This document shows positions 33,125 through 46,100 of a DNA stretch of 64,000 nt, piece by piece. The position numbers and the translations under genes were made by a program. Position 1 is the first letter of the stretch, and every line of letters starts with the position of its first letter. This DNA comes from Epithemia pelagica (lineage: Eukaryota; Protista; Bacillariophyta): contig OX337229.1 of the NCBI GenBank assembly GCA_946965045.2, forward strand, positions 4,960,001 to 5,024,000. Reading direction: 5' to 3'. The notes under the pieces were generated by a model. The model had not been told where the DNA came from and ran no database searches. It was given only the letters and a program-made list of their open reading frames with translations.

Positions 33125-33530
33125 GAGACACCTTCACCGCGTTTCTCATCACTCAACAAAACATGGTCCTTGTCCCCTTCACTGTCGACCACCTTGGCGG
33201 CTTGGGATTCTTCGCCTATTCCCTTCTCTTCCCCAACCCCAACACAGCCCTCAACTACACCCTCGGTCCCAACACACCGCCATCTTGGCCTGATGACAAA
33301 CTCGGCCTCATCTCTCCTCGTGTCACATCCAAACCTGCTGCCTTCAACCTCTGCTGCAACTTTGCATACAGCCCCTAAAACCTTTCTTCCCTTCCCTCCT
33401 CCTTCGAACCACTCTCGTCCAACACACCAACCACCCCAGCCCACTCCTCTGCCCACCTCTTACTCTCTGCCTTGTTGCAGCAAAATCGCCCTCAGTCATG
33501 CCATACGCCATCGCCATTGGCAATCGAAGA
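33125..33530 (+). pseudogene. Decayed 3' fragment of an RLE non-LTR retrotransposon related to the element at 61151-63105
   Basis: MVLVPFTVDHLGGLGFFAYSLLF aligns with IYLIPFTVDHLGSLGHFATRLLF. SYSLPCCSKIALSHAI, in another frame, aligns weakly with IFTLAHYAKASLAHTI. Confidence 0.75.
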
Positions 33531-34278
33531 AGCCATATCTCTTCAGCGCTGGAGAGATCCAGCAGAGAAGAGCTGTTGCGGGTCCCACATCTAAGTAGGA
33601 CACCCGAGGAGGAAAGTAAAAAAGTAAGAAGAAAGGAAAAAACCCGAGTCATTGCAGGTTGGAAGGGGAGAGACGCTACCAGCAACCAAATAATAAAAAT
33701 ATTTGTTGAAAATCCATCGTCAGCAGTTTTCAAGACCAGAGTTACAATCGTGATTCCCAGACTCATTTTTAGAGAACAACGCCCAAAGGATCTTCTTCGA
33801 CAAGCATCAACTATAAACATTTATGCCATGACATTTTTGCTCTTGATTGCCCACATAATTCAAATATGGGACAATGTAGAATCCGGTGGGGAGTGGGGAC
33901 TACTCCTACTCGTAGTCCTACAATACGAGTAGTACGAGTAATAATATTAATTCGGACAACGTGTGCTTGTATGGAGAAGAGTGTAGTATAATACCGATAC
34001 AATAATAAGAATATTGGGAGGAGAAAAAGGGACCAAATTTCAATCGGACCACTGTACTATCCGTCTTTTTGTTGTGTAATCTTTGCTATGGAGTATGGGT
34101 AATGTGTATGGTGTGGAGGGATGTGCTAACGAAGAACAACCAAGGAGTAAGTGCTAATAAGCAAGAACCAATCCGAAGAGCCAAATGATTGGTTGTACCC
34201 CCTTTCAGCCACCGTTCTCTTCTCATTTCTCACCTGCCTGCATCGTGGCTCCACAGCGGACATTTCATAGAAGCAACC

Positions 34279-35391
34279 ATGGATTCGCAGGACACAGTAG
34301 TGTTATCTCCATGTACTTTCCTTTCTCCGGACGATGTGTTGATGGGCCGTGGAGCAAGAGCGACAGAGAACGAAGGTAATGTAAGATTCAGGCATATAGT
34401 CCGGGATCGACTGAACGAGTATGTTGCAGCTCTTCGGAGACAAGAGAAGGATCAGATTGCACGTGAAATCTTGGGGGCCGTGAAGAGCCGAAAAGGGAGG
34501 TTCATGCGAAAGTTAGATGGTGCTGACGGCTGCCCCAAGAAAAAATCACTTTACGTGGTTGTTGATGACGAAGTTGCACTCCTAAAAGTCAAGCAAGCAC
34601 TGCGAGACCAGAAGCTCGAGAGTTTAGAAGATCAACCTAAGGGTTCGAGGAAGGCTAAATCTCTCAGTGAGATTGCACTGATTCCCCCTGCGGAACATGT
34701 GGTCAGGAAAGAGGTGGTCGCAGAGACCACTCAACGGCAGAAAGCATATGCAGGAGCGCTGCATGTCGAGTTGCCGTCCCAGCCAGTTCTTTCAGTTGGT
34801 CCAAGTTCAGCAGTTTCTGATTCTCTTCTCCTGCATAAGATACTGCGCTCAAATCAAATTCACTCCGCGATCACAGGGCATGCCACTGCGGATCCATCTC
34901 CAGGAATCCTAAGCCCTCCGAACCGAGCACTTCTTACAGCATCCCAGCTTGATCTTTTGCCGGCAGCAAGTGGTCTTACATTGCCTTCTCTTGGTATCCA
35001 ACCGTCTTTGGCCAGTCAAGTCTCTGCCTATGAAAACTCGTTGTTGCTTGGGAATCAAGTTTCTGAGCTTGAAGCACTTGTGAAGCTGGGCCATTTGCAG
35101 CAGTCACGAAGTTCTCCTTTAGTATTGCAGTCAAGTCCGTATCTTGATCCTGCAGTAAGGGCAACCTTAGGATCAGGTTTGCAAGTTCTTGTACCACGAG
35201 AACGTTTGATTGACCCAGAACCAAGATCTCTACTTCTTCGCCAAGAACCGCAAGTAATCAGAAGCATGTTACATCAGGAACAGATTGCCCCATTATCTGT
35301 TCTGAAGCGGAGGATGATTGATACAAGCCCTCTCGTTGCAGATGAATATCTCAATCTCGAACGCCTGGTCAAGCGCCAGAGAGGGGTGTAA
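34279..35391 (+). CDS. DUF6824-like diatom domain protein
   Basis: DDVLMGRG...GNVRFRHIV...RQEKDQIAREILGAVKSRKGRF...KVKQALRD, followed by a low-complexity tail. Confidence 0.85.
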   Translation: MDSQDTVVLSPCTFLSPDDVLMGRGARATENEGNVRFRHIVRDRLNEYVAALRRQEKDQIAREILGAVKSRKGRFMRKLDGADGCPKKKSLYVVVDDEVALLKVKQALRDQKLESLEDQPKGSRKAKSLSEIALIPPAEHVVRKEVVAETTQRQKAYAGALHVELPSQPVLSVGPSSAVSDSLLLHKILRSNQIHSAITGHATADPSPGILSPPNRALLTASQLDLLPAASGLTLPSLGIQPSLASQVSAYENSLLLGNQVSELEALVKLGHLQQSRSSPLVLQSSPYLDPAVRATLGSGLQVLVPRERLIDPEPRSLLLRQEPQVIRSMLHQEQIAPLSVLKRRMIDTSPLVADEYLNLERLVKRQRGV

Positions 35392-35735
35392 TGAACTGTG
35401 GGGGTCGGTTGGGAATAAAATCGTCACTTTCCATCACAAGGGGTAATCCAAGCTATACTACTGATATTTCATGAACCACAAGAGCTGCGTCCAGAAATTG
35501 TTGTCACAAACTGAAGCAATGAAGAGGAAAAGGAATGAAACGATACCGGACAAGCACCTTCCTCGTAGTTGCTCCATTGCCACAATTTATACATAGTGTC
35601 TTCACGTTTTCGTTTCTCATCTGTGGATTCTGTAGCTTGGTGCAAAACTCGCGAGAATCAGCGTCTTCGTTCAATGTCAACACGCATAGGAGCCTAGAGA
35701 GGAAGTGCACGGAAGTTTCAAAGAGTTCTAGAAAT

Positions 35736-36410
35736 TTAATCCTCTTCAACAGGGGTCGGTCCCTTTTCGGAAACATAAATTCCGTCAAGGAATTTTCGTA
35801 AATCCTTATGCCGAATATTGGTGGCTTGTTGGATCTTCGCAGCTGTCAGCGATACCATGGCAATATCTATGCCGGAGAGTTCGATTTGGTCCTTCACATT
35901 GGATGTTCGCTCGTATTTGACACCCGGCATGAGCGTCACCTTTCGCACGCGCTTTTCACCCAAGAAATTTCGAATCTCAACCACATCACCCGTCAGCGTT
36001 ACATTGATTGGGAAATGGCTGTACACAAAGCGCATCTTATAGAGAAATCCTCGCAGGACACCCGTGAACAAGTTGTCAATGTGACTGCAGACCGTACGAC
36101 AACAGGCCAGTTGTTTACGGGTCGCGAACCACATATCTACTTTGACATACTTTTTGCCTTCTTCTCCTTTATCAACTTCCTCACTTTCGACAATGCGAAG
36201 GTCCATTGCAATGTGCTTGAAGTCACGCTCCAACTCACCCAGAGGTCCCTTTACCTTAATTTTGCGGGCGCCAATTTCGACTTCCACTGAAATGAACCAC
36301 CACAGACAACATCAGTTGAGTCGATCGGCTAAAGCAGACTGCATCATTTCTCTATTCAACGTACCATCATCGGGAATTACAATGGAGCGTGTAGCAAGGA
36401 CCGTCTTCAT
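35736..36410 (-). CDS. RPL9: 60S ribosomal protein L9 (uL6); intron 36287-36364
   Basis: MKTVLATRSIVIPDD-VEVEIGARKIKVKGPLG, MRFVYSHFPINV, KDLRKFLDGIYVSEKG. Confidence 0.97.
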
Positions 36411-36637
36411 GGTTGCCTCTCTTTTCTTCTTTTTCCGATGGGAGAAACAGTTTGGGCCGTATCTGCATTTCTAGTATCGCGGTAAGGGACAAAAGCGAAA
36501 TGTTTAACTCCAGTGTGGAAGCTATGTATCTTGGAGATCTCTAGCTTAAGTCAGAGAAGGTAGCTCTCTCTGACACCATAGAAGCGACCAACATTTCGAA
36601 ATGATATTTTTCGCTGCCCACGTCAGCAAACGCCACC

Positions 36638-38743
36638 ATGTCTATCTCTCTCCTTTGGCTTTGGCGCCTTCTGCCTTCCATACGTCCGACAATGGTGAAA
36701 AGAATCTCGGAGAAGTTTGGTCGACGGAGACGATCACGGTGCAGAAGAGATATCTTGATCGCATGTGCGCTGGGCACGGTCTGTACGGATGTGGATGCTT
36801 TCTCAGCTCTTGATTTTAGAACGAAAACGTCGTATCTTTCGACGACGTCCTCCGTCGTGATAGACAACATCTTAGACGAAGGCGACATTACTTGCGATGT
36901 GAATGGTCGTGACAACAGCGACCTGAGAATACCAGGCTCCAGGTTTTCGGTGAATGAATCCTCGCAGGACTTGTCAGTATCACCAAAATGGCTCGAAAGA
37001 TATTCAGAGTTTGCTCCAGAGCAAGTTGGCAATGAAATGAGACGTCTTGAATATCGGTTGTTGGAACAGGGATTTTGCATCAAAGATATAAGCCTTATCA
37101 TCGAAGACATATACATGGCGGCGAATGGCAATAGCGCTCTGGCGATTGGGATCGTAGAGTTCTTGAAGACGATGCTATCGCTTCAAGATAACAACTTTGA
37201 GAATGCGGCCTTCTTATCGACTCCGGTTCTTCTGGCAAGCATTGCCCACTTTGCCAACTCTGTTGCTCTCCAACCTCATATACCACCTTATTATACGGAA
37301 GACTGTTCAATGGTGTCCCCAGTGACGTCGCTTGCGCTTCCCCCAGCTATCAAGAGATCCACGGACGTGATCTCGAAATCAACAATGATCGTACTTTCTC
37401 CGCATACCGACTTTCCACTCCTGGCCGATTACAAAGAGGAAGTCGAATCCATTATACACGGGGCAGCAAGAATAAAGAGAGCCGAACTTCTTGTACACGC
37501 CATTTTGAAAGATAGAGCAGCCGCATCATCCAACAACGTTCGGAACCTATTACTCTCCGTCATGACAGACTGGAGGTCTTTGGGCATACGAGTGGTGGCG
37601 TCGCTCTACCGCCTGGAATGCTTTCTGGAATACAATCATGGTACAGGCGAGTACCTTTCGCACAGTCCCGAAGTTGTTCATACCGCAAAAGAAGCACTCA
37701 AAATTTACGCACCTCTGGCCCAAAGATTGGGTCTTCAAAAATTAAAGGCAAGAATCGAAGCCAAGGCGTTCAGGATTCTTTATAGGCGACAGTACAAGGC
37801 TGCATCCTCTATTTTCCGAGATGGCGGAGACGCAATGAATGCACTCTCTTCTTATCTGCGCTCTCATATTGCGCTAGTTCTGGAAGCGAACGAGCCTTTG
37901 ATGTCACAGGTAGACTACATAGAAGTTGTTTCTCGAGTGAAGGAACCATACTCTTTCTGGAAAAAATATCTCAAGAATGGATCCAAAAGGCCCTTATTGG
38001 GATCGTCCACTAGTATACGATCAACCGAGAGTTCAGCTCTTGCGATATCTCGGGTCAATGATGGTGTTGCTGTTCGAGTTATCATCAAAGCAAAAAAGGT
38101 TTGTCCGACGGAGGACGATGAAACCATTCGTTCACGGGAAAATCTACTTTGCTACTACGTACAAAACTTGATATGCGACATGTGGCCAGATATTGAAACG
38201 GGTAGGTTCAAAGACTATATCTTGAATCCTAAGCCGAACGGATACCAGAGTTTGCATCACACTTCAAAAATTGTCAGTAGAGGCGTGGAATTCCCCTTTG
38301 AAGTGCAGGTCCGATCTGAGGAAATGCACCGACTGGCGGAATTCGGTGTCGCGGCACACTGGGACTACAAACTGGGGTCTGCCACTGCTCATTCCGCACT
38401 CAAGGATGCTCAATCGCCCACTGGAGCATTGTCAATGGTGGGTTCCCAAAGTCAGCATCATCAAAATGATGCAAACGGAAAGGAGCCCAAGTCGTACGTT
38501 GAAGCTCTGGTTGTATCACAAGAAGAGATTTCAAGGAAACATGTCCATGTGTTTGTGGTAGGTGGAGAAAAAGGCAGAGAATACGGTGAGCTGATCTGTT
38601 TGCCCTTTGATTCTCCCATTAGTTCTGTGGCGGCTGAAATTGAAAAGCGCCTGTCGGCAAAGATTCAAGTGTGGAGGAATGGGAGAATTGCCGAGATGTG
38701 TGATACTTTGGAAAATGGTGACGTAGTATTGTTAGCCCTATAA
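36638..38743 (+). CDS. RSH: RelA/SpoT homologue, (p)ppGpp synthetase, probably plastid-targeted
   Basis: IYAPLAQRLG, RVKEPYSFWKK, KDYILNPKPNGYQSLH, FEVQVRSEEMHRLAEFGVAAHWDYK and a TGS-like tail. Leader ...VCTDVDA-F. The start codon is uncertain. Confidence 0.9.
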   Translation: MSISLLWLWRLLPSIRPTMVKRISEKFGRRRRSRCRRDILIACALGTVCTDVDAFSALDFRTKTSYLSTTSSVVIDNILDEGDITCDVNGRDNSDLRIPGSRFSVNESSQDLSVSPKWLERYSEFAPEQVGNEMRRLEYRLLEQGFCIKDISLIIEDIYMAANGNSALAIGIVEFLKTMLSLQDNNFENAAFLSTPVLLASIAHFANSVALQPHIPPYYTEDCSMVSPVTSLALPPAIKRSTDVISKSTMIVLSPHTDFPLLADYKEEVESIIHGAARIKRAELLVHAILKDRAAASSNNVRNLLLSVMTDWRSLGIRVVASLYRLECFLEYNHGTGEYLSHSPEVVHTAKEALKIYAPLAQRLGLQKLKARIEAKAFRILYRRQYKAASSIFRDGGDAMNALSSYLRSHIALVLEANEPLMSQVDYIEVVSRVKEPYSFWKKYLKNGSKRPLLGSSTSIRSTESSALAISRVNDGVAVRVIIKAKKVCPTEDDETIRSRENLLCYYVQNLICDMWPDIETGRFKDYILNPKPNGYQSLHHTSKIVSRGVEFPFEVQVRSEEMHRLAEFGVAAHWDYKLGSATAHSALKDAQSPTGALSMVGSQSQHHQNDANGKEPKSYVEALVVSQEEISRKHVHVFVVGGEKGREYGELICLPFDSPISSVAAEIEKRLSAKIQVWRNGRIAEMCDTLENGDVVLLAL

Positions 38744-38927
38744 ATTATGTAACAATTGATCACTTTGATCATGGTTGCATTGCTTGCAGATTGCAGAGCA
38801 TTTCTTTCTTGTGAGCGAAAAGGTCACAAAAAAGGATAGTTCTTCTCTATTATCATTTATGACTACGTAGGGGTTCCAGCCATTGCTCGGCTAAGGAATA
38901 GAGGGATTAGTTCTTAGAATCGGCGAA

Positions 38928-41900
38928 TCAACTGGTGAAAACCCATTTCCTCAAATCAAGCAGTTCAAGCCATGGAATGCTACTATACCCCTTCGTCGTA
39001 TACCATTCCGCAAAGTCGTCAAAACTCATGGACATGCATTTATCTGAGCCCTGTCTTGTTATGTGGCCTTGGAATGCCATTGAGGTCGCCCAATGGGCGG
39101 CAGAATCGACCACGCTCATAAGGGTTCTTGGCGATTGATCACACGGTTGCCCTTGAAGAGTTGTGAGCGCGTGGTGGATACCAGGGTCATCTTTCAAATG
39201 CGAAGTGAACGCAATGCTTAAAAGAACCGTAAGGAACGACTTCAGATAATTAGTCATATCATCACGACTAAGCTGGCCACGTTTTCTCTTATCGAGTACA
39301 TCAAAAGCAAACTCAAGTTTATCGCTCTTCTTTCCACTGCACAGGACAGTGAATCCACAAGCCACCTCAATCGCACTAACTCTTCCAGAACCATCGCGGT
39401 CGAACGAAGAGAATATGCCTGTTAGTACATGAAACAGGATTCTTTCCTCTTCTCTACCACCGGGATGTGTCGAGTACACAATGTTTCCAATAGCAGAGTC
39501 GAAAGCTTCTTGCGACAGCCTTGGGTTCTTGGACTTGGTGGCCTTGGCTAAAATACGGTTGCAGACGACTTCAGCCTCCATTCTGTGTAAGCTGGTACTC
39601 TCAAGGATCCGTCGGAGTTGGCTGATTCGCCTGTTGCTCATCGACAAGCTGTAACCATTATGGTCGTCGCTTGTGCTTAGGTGGAACTTCAGAGGGGGAG
39701 GACTAGGTGTGGGAGAATGATGGCGGGCGGGTTCAGGGGAGTGTGAGAATGATCGACTTATTCTTGGCGACCCGAGATCAAGCTCTTTGTCAGTGGAAGG
39801 CTGCATAAGAATCATATCCATTTCGTCGATCTACACAGGAAAGAAAATGTCTTAGTGAATGGAATGCTGCAAAATCAAGTAAAGATGTCAGAAACACTTA
39901 CACTGTCCATGGGCATTATGGTTGACTCAAAAAAGTCAGGATCAAGCTCATCCTCTGGTGGCGGAGGTGGAACGTCGGGGTCCGGCATCGAGACAGGAGG
40001 TGTGGGGGGCTTCGTTGTAGAAGAAGCTGCTTCCGGTCGTTTCTTCACTGAGTCAAGATGTTCCACCAAAACCCATTTTTTCAGATCAAGGAGTTCCAAC
40101 CACGGCGCACGTTCGCAGCCGCCATCATTGTACCATTGCCCAAACTCGTCAAAGTTGAGCCTATCCTTGTGTCGAAGATCCCACTGATGTCGCATTACGT
40201 CGTTACAAATCATATTTGCGGTGTCGGCGATACATCTCCCTACCATACCATCCGTCATGTCAAGACTTTGTCGACAACACGAGAAGGTAACGATCAAAAT
40301 TGATCGCAAGAAGAGGAACAAGTCTTCCCCACTCAATGAATGGGCAATGAACTCTTTCTTCTTCTTTTGTTGTATTCCAGGACGTGTATCAAACACCCCG
40401 AACGCAAAAGCGAGTTTATGACTTTTCTTGCCACCACACAAGAGAGTTAGACCCCCCATCAACTCGTCGGCTGCTACACTATCGCGCTGTTCCAGATCAA
40501 AGCATTGAAAAAAGTTCGAAAGAAGTTCAGAGGTCCGCATCCTGTCAGGATGGCCAGGTTTATTTCGTCGGAGAACTGGACAAATTTCGCCCATGCATGA
40601 CAAGAAAGTTTCCATCGATATGTACACTGTTCCTTGGCTTGAATCCGAAGCTCTCTTCTTCTTTTCGACCAATTTGGACAGTTGAGCCCAAAGCTCGTTT
40701 GGGTTCATTGATAGAAGCCCCAGGAGTTCGACTACCCCGCGAACATATGCAGCGTCATCTTTCAATACAACCAGAGACCTGTGGTTAGCCAGGGGGAAAG
40801 TGAAAAGAATCTCGGGAGGAGGACCTTTTCGACCAGAATGGTGACGTCTAAGCGAGGACATTTTATCTCTTGTATTCGGAGCACCTGAACTGGTCACTCC
40901 TGCTTCCAAGCTTGACGGACCAATGAGAGACAGTACTTTGTTCAGGTCAAGGAGTTCAAGCCAAGGAGCAACTTCATAGCCACCGTTGCTATACCATGTT
41001 GCAAAACTTTCGAAGGAATAGCGCCCTGAATGAAATCCCTTGCGACCGTCGCTACTGTACTTTAAGAAGTGCCCAAGCGTCCATTTTGCACCGCTCTCAA
41101 CTGCCGATCGCATCTCGTTGGTGTGGCGATGAGCTATGACACCTGACGAGTTGTGATTAGAAATGGGAACGAGCACAGACATGGCCACAAGCATCGTCAG
41201 ATAAGAAGTTAGGTAGCGGCGCAAATGATCTTCGTCAAGATAGTTCTTCCGTTGATCGTCAAGAACCTCGAACCCCGTGGCCAGTTTGGAACTCTTATTC
41301 CCTGAGCAGAAAAAGCAGAATCCTACAGCGAACTCTTGGAGATCAACCTCGTTGCTCTTGAGACCAGGCTTGTTTCCTTCAAAGCAGGAGAAGATTTCGG
41401 TAAAACAACCTGTAAACGCTTCTCGTTCCACCAACGAAAGCTGGTCAAATACTTCCCCGCTCAATATCTGACCAATGGAATTCATCCATACATCTCGAGA
41501 CAAGGTAAGAATGGTATCTGCTCCAGCTGGTCGGCGCTGTGACAGGCGAAGAAGCTTCTTGCACATTGATGAGGCTGGGCAGTGCATTAATCCGGTGCGA
41601 TGAACAAAATGACGAAGCGCGTAAAGATTGTTTTCCGAGATTTCAATGCAAAGTGGCTTCGGGTGCCCCGATCCGCTGAAATCAAACGACACTAAAGGTT
41701 TGCTGTTGTCTTCACCCCTCGGTCTTGGAAATGATTGTGTCTTTGGAGGGTCATCAGGGTTATCAAAGATGGTGTCTTTGTCGAAGCTGATTTGTTCCAT
41801 GGCTTCTTCTCGCGGTCCAAGGTTCTCTTTCTCTTCGGAGGGAGATACGGCCTCATGCCGTTCTGCAACCAGTTTCCATTTCGAGATCGAAAGAAGTTCA

Positions 41901-42691
41901 AGCCATGGGGCAACGAACTTACCCTTCTCTGAATACCATTCCTTAAATATCCTTACGGATGCATGCTCAAGTGATTTATCCTTGGCAAAGTTTAACACCT
42001 GCTCCGTTCCGTACACTGCAACATCTTCAATCTCTTTGGGGATTTCGCGTTGGTCTTCGTCGTGCAGTGTCACAAGAGATCCATCAAAGGAAGACACTTG
42101 AAGCGGATCAGGGGAGCTTCTAGGAATGCTCTCGTCGGATGTATCTTCACGCTTTACCCTTTTCCGTGGTGGTTCTATTGAAGGCGATCGCTCACCCCCA
42201 CCAGCTGGAGAGTTTTCGGTGCCACAGCAATATGTGATTGTTGTTAGCAAGGTTCGAAACAGAGATAGAAGTCCGGATCGAGGTAAGTCTGTCTGCCCTG
42301 GAGACGCGAAGGCTTCAAACAATGCTGTGAGCTTCTCATCGAACTCGGAAATATGGAACAACACAAATGACGCTTTGCGTTCGACTTGTGTCAGCGGAGA
42401 AGCATTTAACTTGTTTCTATAAATAGAGATGGCCTCGTCATTGCTCTCGTTGGATGCCTTGAACATCATTTCGTGTAGCGGAGAAGCCGATGGATTCTTC
42501 TTCTCATTGTGTGGAACCGTGGACGAGACGTCCACGGAGCCTTTCAATAGTATGGTAGTGATGGCATTGCTGACTTTCATAAAGTGTTCGGCATCCTTCT
42601 TACTAACTTGGATCGTTATGGAGGGAACTGGCGACGAGCTGATGGGTCGCTTGTCCCCAGCGCATGCAATTGTCCCCGAACCATCATCCAT
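38928..42691 (-). CDS. Large protein with repeated EF-hand-like (recoverin/CBL-like) modules; intron 39831-39901
   Basis: Three units of C(S/G)G(N/K)KSxKLxx(G/A)FxVxD, each followed by FxxWYxxxGxxxxPWLELLDL, plus a partial fourth unit. One canonical loop, FDRDGSGRVSAIE. An upstream exon is possible. Confidence 0.8.
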
Positions 42692-43163
42692 GGCCAAAGT
42701 CGAGTTCCCCAATGTCTTTGGTTACAAAAAACACGATTCTAGGACACCAGACGTTCAATGGACCAGTTATGTCGATTCAGAGCGTCAATATTGTCAAGCT
42801 GTTACCCAACTTTCGGAAAGTCCAAACCTACTTTCACTTGAATGACGACGTCCTTGGATTGATTGTCATCAATCGATCCAACTAAGCAAAAAGGAAAAAA
42901 CATTAATGAGTGAGGTTGGCCGCCCCCACCAACACTTGCCCGCGACACGGAATTGTTTTGTTGATATGGTGAGAGCGCGCGAGCGCGAGTTCTTCTATCA
43001 ATTCAAATAGCCAGCATTTCTGGTACAAATTCCACGAGGATTCAACGTACATTCTGGGGGTCCGGTGTCAATGACTCGGGAACCTGCGCGTACGCAGAAA
43101 GACACTTTTGCGCGGGGAACACTCCCCCACATTCCCAATAGATACACGCCCCATCCCCAGACG

Positions 43164-46100
43164 AAAATAGGGGGGGAGAAGGCAGAGGAGAGGGGGAGAG
43201 GAGGGGGAGAGAGAAGGAGAGAAGAAGGAGATTCCGTAAGTCAGATTCCTTCATGAAATCGATCCGCGTATTGCTCGCAGTCTCACGTTTGTTTCCTCTG
43301 ACGTATGAAATGTTCTAGGAAGCTCCAAGCTTCCCTCAGAGGGGAGAAGGCACTTCCCCTCCAAAACGATTAAGCCCTTCATGTCGTTTCAGCACCTTTT
43401 TGTTATTGAAACGACATTCTACACTGGTACAATCCTCCCGACCATCCGATGACCTTTCACGTGGTTCTACGTAGCATGTGATGAGGCGTATCCAGTCTGT
43501 GCTTCGCATCACGATCGGAACTGCTTGCACCTCGCACAAGATCTTGACATAATTTTTTTTGCTACGATGTTACTCACTACGAATTTTTCTTTTTGTTGTT
43601 TGTCATGCAGGTATTCAGGTCAATCAAGAGAATGAAGATGGTGCCTTGTTCAAGGCTCGTTTGGGGCAGCGTCGGTCATGGGGTGGACGTCCTTTCCCTC
43701 GTTCTACGCAGTACTTCATGTACTTGACGCAACAGAACTGGGTTTGGACACGAGGTGGTGGTCCGAAGGGAGGAACGGTGGGCATACATTGCGGGACGGA
43801 TTGAAGACCACCCCAGCCATGGGGATTGCTGTGGAATGCAAAGGGGTATTGCTGTTGATCGGGGAGTGTTGTTGGCCGTTGCTGATTTTGCTTGTACGGG
43901 TTGACAGGTTGGTTTTTCTGTCTTGTTGTCGTTGTTGTTGTTGTCGATTGCAGTACCACCAACCCATTTGCTGTTGTTGCCATTGCAGGTGTGCTGTTTG
44001 CTGCATTTTGAGGCTCTTTGTGTTGTTGTTGTTGATCCTGCACTGTCGCTGCTGATTGATTTGTTGCTGCCATCGTTGTTGTTGGTAAGGCTTCGCTGTT
44101 GTTTGTAACCTTTTGCTTTTTGTTGCTGGTGTTGTTCTCATCCAAATCGTCGCTCTCTTTTTCTTCTCCCTCTCTTTCCTTTCTCTTATTGCTACTGATT
44201 GCCTGTGCTTGTGCTGTTTCTTGTTGTTGTGTCTGTTGTTGTGTTTCTTGCCGTGTCTGTTGTTGTGTTTCTGGCTGTGTCTGTGGTTGTTGTATTTGTT
44301 GGATTTCATCTTCGACCTCTGACTCCTCCTCTGCCAAACCCAACAATGGAATGGACGTGTCATGCGGCAACCTCTTCTTGTTGCTCGCACATTTTCGGCA
44401 CTGGCATCGATCGTTGAGTGGATGCTTTGGAACTTGTTGTGTGATTTCTTTTCTCGTTTCCAGGTACTCGGAGAAAAACCGTTCTCCCGTATCTTCTGGA
44501 AGCTTCTCAACCTCTGGAAAGGGAGGACGAGAAGCTCCAGACATCGAGGCAAGTATATTGATCATGTTTGTTTTGCATGCGTTACCAAAACTCACCACCA
44601 TTTCCCATCCTGCAGGCACCACTGAACGTTCTTCTTGAGACTTCGTCATGATTCTCATCTTGTGACGAATTGCCCTGTTAAACTGGGCGGTGCCTGCCAA
44701 ATTCAAAGCATCTGCGAGAGTTTCTCGCATGCCACAGTTGGCAAAATGCGTCAAATTGTCATGAAAGCTCTCGAGCTTACTCTCTCCTCTCAAAGGTACG
44801 TACTCCACTAGCTGGTTGCTTGATCTTGGTGATGGAGGTATCTCACGATACATTTTCTCCACGGGCAAGGGATCAGCAAGGAACTTTGCCTTCTCTTTAC
44901 AGTTTTCCAGTGCTTGATGTGTTTCGGCCGTAAAAAGAGGTTGATTGGAGTGTGGATCCAATCGGCCTCGTGCTGGTGGCTTGCCAGGAGTGGAAGTGCA
45001 CTTGTATTTGCACTTCCACTCCTCCAAGTTGAGGACAATCGTATCGCCACCCCGAATAATCTTCCGTAAGTGCTTTGAGTACCTCTGTCGAAAGGTCTTT
45101 GTTCCCATCATTTCACTGATCTCTTCGTCTGTGTATTGTTTCTTGGAGCTTGACATGGTTCCATTTTTCAAAGAACCAACAAGTTTCTCCAAGTCTTCAG
45201 GATGGTACTCGTAGATTGCATCCAACAATTCCTTCATGGCTATCCCAAAGTCAATGTGCCGTTGTCTGAGCGTCTTGGTGATCCTCTGTATGAAATGGAA
45301 AAGGCCAAGACGGCCCTCCAAGTCATCAACCAACAACAACCAAAAATCCTTGCCACAAGGCCATGTGTCAGAGTACATGGCCTTGGGGCAAAACCCGGTA
45401 CGTCTCAGCACTTGTTCCGCAGCATGTGCAAACTCGAGTGCTGATGTGTCGTGCACTAACACTGCACAAGCAATTTCTCCTGTCTCTGTTGCCATGGTCC
45501 ACATTGCAGCTGCATTGAGGCGTCTTGGATAATTTTTCACTACCTGGTGGGTGTGGTCGTGAGCAAACATGTGCTGGCATCTAACCCCTTGAATCTCTCT
45601 TGTGTTTCTCTCATTATCAGACACCATCCAGGGTTGCCACTCGGAGCTTGCTCCATCATCATATAGCTGGCGGATTGTCTCGCCTAAAGGTGGGTAGCGA
45701 ACCAGAAACTCACCATCCTTTTGCACGTAGTCTTCTGATTCTTTTCCTGTAGCAGCACAATAAGAATAGTATCTCATTGTCTTGTCTTCATAGTAGGTGT
45801 TGATTCCTTCATAAAGCATCCGACTAATGTAATCCCCATTGCCATAGGTTACCATTGATGCTTCCATAATCCTCGTAGCATCTTTAGCTAGATGCGATGT
45901 TCCTCTAGCATACTTGGATTCCACTGGGTAACACATAGCCATGTAGGGAGGCAGTCGTGCGAGCAATTCTCCATCATTCGCATAGAAGGCAGCCGAGCAC
46001 CCGGCACACTTGTATCCCATAAGTATTGCATACTTTGGGGGACCAGACATGGCGAAAATGGGGAAAAGGGACTTGTTTTTTGAAAAGTTCGATCGCGTAC

